Assembly (NCBI GenBank): GCA_951406725.2
Contig: OX597824.1
Span: forward strand, 34,596,001 to 34,660,000
From: Octopus vulgaris
Taxonomy: Eukaryota
Length of the DNA: 64,000 bases
Direction of reading: 5' to 3'
The position numbers and the translations under genes were made by a program. The notes under the pieces were generated by a model. That model was not told the DNA's origin, made no database searches, and saw nothing but the letters and a program-made list of their open reading frames with translations. This document shows, piece by piece, positions 13,915 through 64,000 of this stretch (positions are counted from its first letter, which is position 1; each line of letters begins with the position of its first letter).

Positions 13915-14274
13915 GGCAGACGCCGATATAATGATGTTGCTGGAGTTGTTATTATCTTGACAATGATCTGACTAAAGCTATTCTTATTTACCGTATCATT
14001 ACATTGACAGACACCAATATAATGATGTTGCTGTTGGAATTGTTATTATCTTGACAATGATCTGACTAAAGCTATTTTTATTTACCGTATCATTACATTG
14101 ACAGACACCAATATAATGATGTTGCTGTTGGAATTGTTATTATCTTCACAATGATCTGACTAAAGCTATTCTTATTTACCGTATCATTACATTGACAGAC
14201 ACCAATATAATGATGTTGCTGTTGGAATTGTTATTACCTTGACAATGATCTGACTAAAGCTATTCTTATTTACT
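13915..14274 (+). repeat. Minisatellite, 94-bp unit, ~3.8 copies
   Basis: aatataatgatgttgctg recurs at 14016, 14110 and 14204. Confidence 0.95.
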
Positions 14275-14319
14275 GCACCGATATTTCAATCTCGACTAAA
14301 TTTGTTACAGAAAGACACT

Positions 14320-57933
<43,614 letters not shown>

Positions 57934-57996
57934 AAGGATTCATAGGCTGGATTCATTTATTTTAACAAAGATTTGGTTCCATTTTTTAAATTTTTA

Positions 57997-58301
57997 TTAG
58001 CAGTATCGCCCAGCGTTGCTCGGGTTTGTAAGGGAAATAACTATATAAGCATTTTTAGAGAGTTACTTCCCTTATATAAACCGAGCAAAAAATGCATTAA
58101 AAATGCGGAAAAGTGATGGTAAATTTTTTTTTGAATCGTAGTCTCATTGTAGATGCGCGCTAATACCCAGAAGGGCTTGATATGAATCACGACTATAAGA
58201 TACCCGATTTTGGTTAAACTGCACCGCAAAATGTGGGAGTAGTTAGGAATCAAAATCGGAGTAGACAGACACACACACAACTTCAGTTTTATATATAAAG
58301 A
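57997..58301 (-). mobile_element. Non-autonomous Helitron 63 bp after the receptor stop codon
   Basis: Same family as 14789; terminal CTAG mutated. Confidence 0.9.
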
Positions 58302-58514
58302 TATCTCATCCTGGATCCTTCCTGCTTTTCTTTTACCTTTTCACTCTGCCTTTTTTCTTCCCTTACCTGACGTTCTGTATTCGTCTTTCTCTCATAGAGA
58401 CAAAAACAGCAAAATCCACATTTAACATTAAAAAACAAAACAACTTATTTTTTACACTTGCCTACCTTATTGACATGCTACTGTGAGAAATAATTATATT
58501 TTTATGAGGATAGG

Positions 58515-58900
58515 ACAGGAGTGGCTGTGTGGTAAGTAGCTTGTTTACCAACCACATGGTTCCAGGTTCAGTCCCACTGCGTCACACCTTGGGCAAGTGT
58601 TTTCTACTATAGCCTTGGGCTGACCAAAGCCTTGTGAGTGGATTTGGTAGACGGAAACTGAAAGTTGCCTGTCATATATATATATATGTATGTATGTGTG
58701 TATATGTGTGTGTGTGTGTCCAACATTGCTTAACAATCGATGCTGGTGTGTTTATGTCCCCGTAAGTTAACAGTTTGGCAAAAGAGACCGATATAAGTAC
58801 TGGGCTTACAAAGAATAAGTTCTGGGGTTGATTTGCTCGACTAAAGGCGGTGCTCCAGCATGGCTGTAGTCAAAATAACTGAAACAAATAAAAGAGTAAA
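58515..58900 (+). mobile_element. tRNA-derived SINE, full length
   Basis: Matches 10805-11205. Confidence 0.9.
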
Positions 58901-60138
58901 GTTTCCAAAATTCAGACAGTTTATTAAATTGTAAATTTATTGAACTTTTAATGACCCTGAATAGGAAGCATCTCCAAGATTTTCTTATCATAATGCCATT
59001 TTCTGTTGGCTCCTGCAGGCTTAGAGGAAAATTTGTATTCATCAGTTCAAGCAAATAAAACTTGTTAATTATATTGAATTATGCCGTATCTGACAGCATC
59101 ATTAGAGCATCAGAAAAAGCTGCCTTGCAATTATTTGTTCTATAGATATGTTCAAAGAGTTTAGGGGATAGTAAATAGAAAGAGTAGATGTATGATGGTG
59201 AAGGAGAGATAACATGGTAGCTCAGAATGGTGATCAATGTAAAATATTGATGGAGGGGGCAGTATGAAGAATCATGTGAAATAAGTGGTGTCAGAGGAAA
59301 GCTGGTGATATATGCAGTTCAGCTAATATTAAATTACAACAGCAGAATACTGCAGTTAGAGAGACGATTGGTGATGGGGTTGTCTTCAAAAGGAAAATGG
59401 GTGAGAGGACCCAATTGTGCCTATACACATATATATGTACATACAGATTGTGCTTCTAGAATCTGTGTTACTGAGATGAGTGGATCTGAACTGCATATTT
59501 CCAGTCACCTTAATTCAGTATCATCCTCTGTGAGCTTCAAGGTCTTGAGATCAGCTTTCATAATTTTCCCCATGTCTTTCCAAGTATCTCTCTTCCAAAA
59601 GCTCTATCTACATTAAATGACTGGTACTTTGTTTATTAAGTTGTCCTCATCCATGCACATCAATTGTCTCTGCCAGTGAGTCATCTTACTTGCATTCTAC
59701 ATCTGATTCATTTTGTGCCCAGTTTTTCTCTCAGCATATCTGTGCTATGTCTTTCATGTACATCCAACAAAGCATGCTTGCTTCATTTCTTTCTGGTCTA
59801 CTCAAATCCTCTGTATTCAAGTCCCTAGTTTCACTACAATAGAGCATGAAAACATCATACAATCTACCTTTCACTCTGAGGAAAAAGGGTTTTGTTTACC
59901 CCAGTGGCTTGTAATCATGTGTGTGTGTGTAAAGTTGTGAGGATCTCAATCATCCCGGCAATTAACTCTAACATATATTTAGCTAATAGAGTACTCAGGA
60001 TGAATACTAGTAATATTCACTAGCTATTAACAAGCAATGGAATATTAATTAGTTAAATTAACTAGTTAAATGAAAATAAGTACTTTCTAAATCCAAAGTA
60101 TGTAGCAAAAAAACTGGACATTTCATGCAGTTTAGAAT

Positions 60139-61560
60139 ATAATAATAATAATAATAATAAACATTGTGTACAGTGCTCAGGTGCACTACAACTCATCTAA
60201 AGTGCATATATAATCAGGTGTAGTTTCGACGGATTTCGGAAAGCATGAGGGCCTTAAAGGATGCAGTGTCATGGCAGTCAACAACTGACGCAGGCAGTTT
60301 ATTCCATACTTCAGCAACTCTGAGCGTGAAGAAATGTTTCCGAAAGTCATGGGAGCTGTGTTGTTTTCTGACTTTGTAGGCATGTCCACGTGTGTTAGAC
60401 ACATGGAGATCAAAAAGGTGTTCAGTGTTGTTATTGGTGAGGTGGTTGACAACTTTGTGGGCGTTTACCAAGTCCGTTGCAAGATGCCGGAGCTTCAGTG
60501 AATCCATGCCCAGGGAAACAAGGCGCTCAGAATATGGTAGGTGTTTGATGGAGGGTATGCGTTTGGTTGCACGTCTCTGAACAGATTCCAGGAGGTCAAT
60601 GTTCTGAGCAAGATAGGGATTCCAAACTGATGATGCGAATTCCAAGTGTGGTCGTACCATAGCTGTATACAGTTTTAAATAGATGGCTGGAGAGCGGCTA
60701 ACAAAGTCTTGCTGAGTGATGCCAAGACACCCTCGGGCCTTCTTGACAATTTTAGAGATATGCTTTGTCCAACGCAAATCACTGCTGACAGTAATGCCTA
60801 GGTCACGCTCGCAAGAGGATTTCTTGATATCAGTGTTGTGGAGGGAGTATGTGGGTGCAAGGTTTTTTCTTCCAAAATGCATGGTGGTACACTTGTCCAC
60901 AGCCAGTTTCAGTTGCAAGTCTGTGATCCATTGCTGCACTGTGTCCAGGTCTGACTGCAGGAAAGAGCTGTAGACAACAGGATCTGTCCTCTTGATTTCA
61001 AGGTACAGCTTGATGTCGTCTGCATATTTCAATACTGTGGCATTCTTTAAATTTGTATCTATGTCATTAATGTATGCCACAAACAAGAGGGGACCAAGGA
61101 CAGATCCCTGTGGTACACCTGATGACATCTCATATGGTGTAGAATGCTGTCCTAGAACTGTGACTACCTCCTTTCGGTTGAGAATGAAGGATTTCAACCA
61201 GTTAAAAAGGTCATCCCCCACACCCATTGCAGAGAGTTTCACCATAAGCCTTTTGTGTGGCACAGAGTTGAAAGCCTTAGCAAAGTCAAGGTAGACAACA
61301 TCCACCCAAGAGCCACTGTCAGTGATCTGAGTAATGTCCTCAAGGAACTCGACAAGCTGATCACTGCAGCTGGAGTTAGGGACAAATCCATATTGTGAGG
61401 GTCGGATGAGACTGTGAGCTCCAGAAGTTCCAAAGTGTTTCTCTGACACACGATTCCATCAGTTTTGCAATACAGCTAGTGAGACTGACTGGGCGATAGT
61501 TGACAGGTGATGTGCGGTTGCCCTTTTTGAACAGAGGAATGACACTAGCAGTTTTCCATA
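60139..61560 (-). mobile_element. CR1-clade LINE family A, 5'-truncated, frameshifted
   Basis: Near-identical to 6535-7900 in reverse; extends ~55 bp further 5' (WKTASVIPLFKKG); (AAT)n tail. Confidence 0.95.
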
Positions 61561-62188
61561 TATAAGGGAAGAGTTTGTTAAATTATACTTTGCATGTTCA
61601 TTCTTCACAGGGATGTAAAATATGCTATCAAGCCACTCTAATTTGAGTGATGGATGTTGTATGGATGTGTGTGTCTGAATCATGTTATACATATAATTAT
61701 ATATGTATGTGTACACATTCACACCATCTGGCCATACACACACACTCACATACATACTATTTACAAACTGAGACTTGATAATGATAATTATTCAAATTTT
61801 TATTTGAAAATACCAAATTCTTTATAAACTAATCAATTATGATTTTATGAGTTTTATTGAAGTTTGCCATTCTAGTATTACAATATTGATTTCTTTTCAG
61901 TTATTTCAAACAAACCCTCCACATACAACAATTCTTTTAAATTTAAGAATGATTAATTAATGTTTTGTAAGAAATCTTATATCATAATATTTGTCTTTCT
62001 AGTTTGATAGCATTTGTTTTAAATACTCATTCATTTTCATTGGAATCTGTATTCTTCTAATTTTCTGAAGGTTAGTTTGATGAACTTGCGACATATGTCG
62101 AAATCTATTAATTCTTTAATTTTGATACTATGCTTGAGATTATGGACAGAAGCATATCTGAATCTACAAGAAGAGAAATTCCAATGTT

Positions 62189-62950
62189 GGTTGGTTATAT
62201 ACATTCTTATGACGCATTTATTTTTGTATATATTAAAAGATATTGATTCATATAAAATAAATATTCATGTTTATAAGATTGATCATCATCAGAAAGGTTT
62301 TGAAACCATTAAATATTATGTTTTATTTTTTTAATATTCCATATTGAAAACAAAATGAATTTGTGGTATTAATTACTAAAACTAGATGGATTCACATTTT
62401 TCTTCATGCAAAAACAATACTCTACATTGACATATAGAGAAGTTAGATTTGGCCATGAATAGGTTTAAACATAATTGTTTGGAAAAAATTATGCATAATA
62501 ACAGAGCTACATTTGTGTTTACTGTCATCTTATGGAGATGGATTTCATTGTTAAGGACATCCAGCCATAGAAATTATGCCAAAGCAGATAGTTGGTGCTT
62601 GGTGCAGGTCTCCAACTAGTCAGCTCAAGTCAAAAAGTTCAACCCATGCCAGTATGGAAAACATGTTAAATGACAATGATGATGATAATGATGGTGACAT
62701 TTTATATTTCAAGATTCACGATTAATTAAAATTTCTTAATCATTCACTTTTCCTCATGTGTATATTTCATCATACATATATTTTTATTACTCACTTTTCA
62801 TCATATGTATATTTTTATTACTCACTTTTCATCATACATATATATATTTTACTAGCAAGCTATTCCAAGAAGACTGAAGCCTGTAAACCTGACAATGATA
62901 AATAAATTATTCATATTCCAATCAATATTATAATATTTTACCATTTATAA
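62189..62950 (+). repeat. Diverged direct copy of 3137-3495 plus 4240-4430
   Basis: Colinear blocks, e.g. gcatttatttttgta.atatt, gtggtattaatt.ctaaaactag, ttgtttggaaaaaattatgcataa.aacaga. Confidence 0.85.
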
Positions 62951-63564
62951 CTTCAAAGTATTATTTTTACGACAAAAAGGAACAAAACTAACATCAGTCT
63001 GTTGATATATACCAATAATTACAATTTTCTGTTTATGTTTACTACTTTTGTACAAAAATTCTTATTACATTTTATGGTGCCAACTCATTCCATTTTATAC
63101 TTTTGTAAAATTATGGTTCTCTGTTTTAAAGTGTTTTGTTGACCATGTTTTATTTAACCCATAAGCAATTAAACCAACCAGATCCAGCCTCTTGCACCTA
63201 CCCTATAAAGTCATATTAAAAATGAACAATCACATCATTAAAGTTATGAGGTTATGCATGATTAGTTCGAAACAATTTGAATAAATAAGCATTACATTTG
63301 ACAGAATAAGCTGAATGCTAAATGCTTTAAATATTTGTTGCCATGATAATAGGGGAGGTAATTTTGGTTCACGTAGGAAATGGGAACTACTTTGACAAAC
63401 CATTTACAGATATTTACAAATATTTCATATGCAAAATGTTTTACTTTATATAAGCAATAATATATGTGTGTGTTTGTAAATTTACAATCTTTGTAGATCT
63501 CATTGTTTATTTTATTAAAAATTTTTCAAGTAAAATTGGTCTGTCTTCATTTATTTATTTTACT

Positions 63565-64000
63565 TTGGCGAATCTCCGACATGTCATGTAATGTTATGGG
63601 TTGGGTCTGCCCCTCTGGCGAATCCCCGACGTGTCATGTAATGTTATGGTTTTGTCTGCCCCTCTGGTGAATCCCTGACATGTCATGTAATGTTATGGAT
63701 TGGCCCTGTCCCTCTGGTGAATTTTCGACATGTCATGTAATGTTATGGGTTGGCCCTGCCCCTTTGTCGAATCTCCGACATGTCATGTAATGTTATGGTT
63801 TTGTCTGCCCCTCTGGTGAATCCCTGACATGTCATGTAATGTTATGGATTGGCCCTGTCCCTCTGGTGAATTTTCGACATGTCATGTAATGTTATGGGTT
63901 GGCCCTGCCCCTTTGTCGAATCTCCGACATGTCATGTAATGTTATAGTTTTGTCTGCCCCTCTGGTGAATCCCTGACATGTCATGTAATGCTATGGATTG
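63565..64000 (+). repeat. ~50-bp satellite with a 149-bp three-monomer higher-order period, running off the window end
   Basis: gacatgtcatgtaatgttatgg core; tttgtctgcc recurs at 63651, 63800 and 63949. Confidence 0.95.

Noticed and set aside
13915-14274. Regular repeats as a CRISPR array (also 63565-64000)
   Set aside because: Contiguous tandem units with no unique spacers, no cas genes, eukaryotic context.

Overview
AT-rich, repeat-dense animal genomic DNA. The SINE/LINE repertoire and long (TA)n tracts suggest an octopod cephalopod (inference). One host gene spans the window on the + strand: a 7-coding-exon IL-17-receptor-like gene (14320-57933). I assembled it by hand and every junction is phase-consistent GT-AG. 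It encodes 423 aa: signal peptide, one short Cys-rich FnIII-like ectodomain, TM helix and SEFIR domain. Introns and flanks hold CR1-type and RTE LINEs, tRNA-derived SINEs, Penelope-like remnants with hammerhead-ribozyme motifs, Gypsy fragments, a full-length decayed mariner, a piggyBac remnant, Helitrons and GG-ended MITEs with 8-9 bp TSDs (two carry telomeric repeats). Intron 6 holds an internally deleted Polinton/Maverick-like virus remnant (capsid, packaging ATPase, AGTAGT terminus). A diverged direct duplication of non-coding DNA about 59 kb apart (3137-4430 vs 62189-62950) suggests the gene is one unit of a tandem receptor array. Most long ORFs in the track are microsatellite artefacts.
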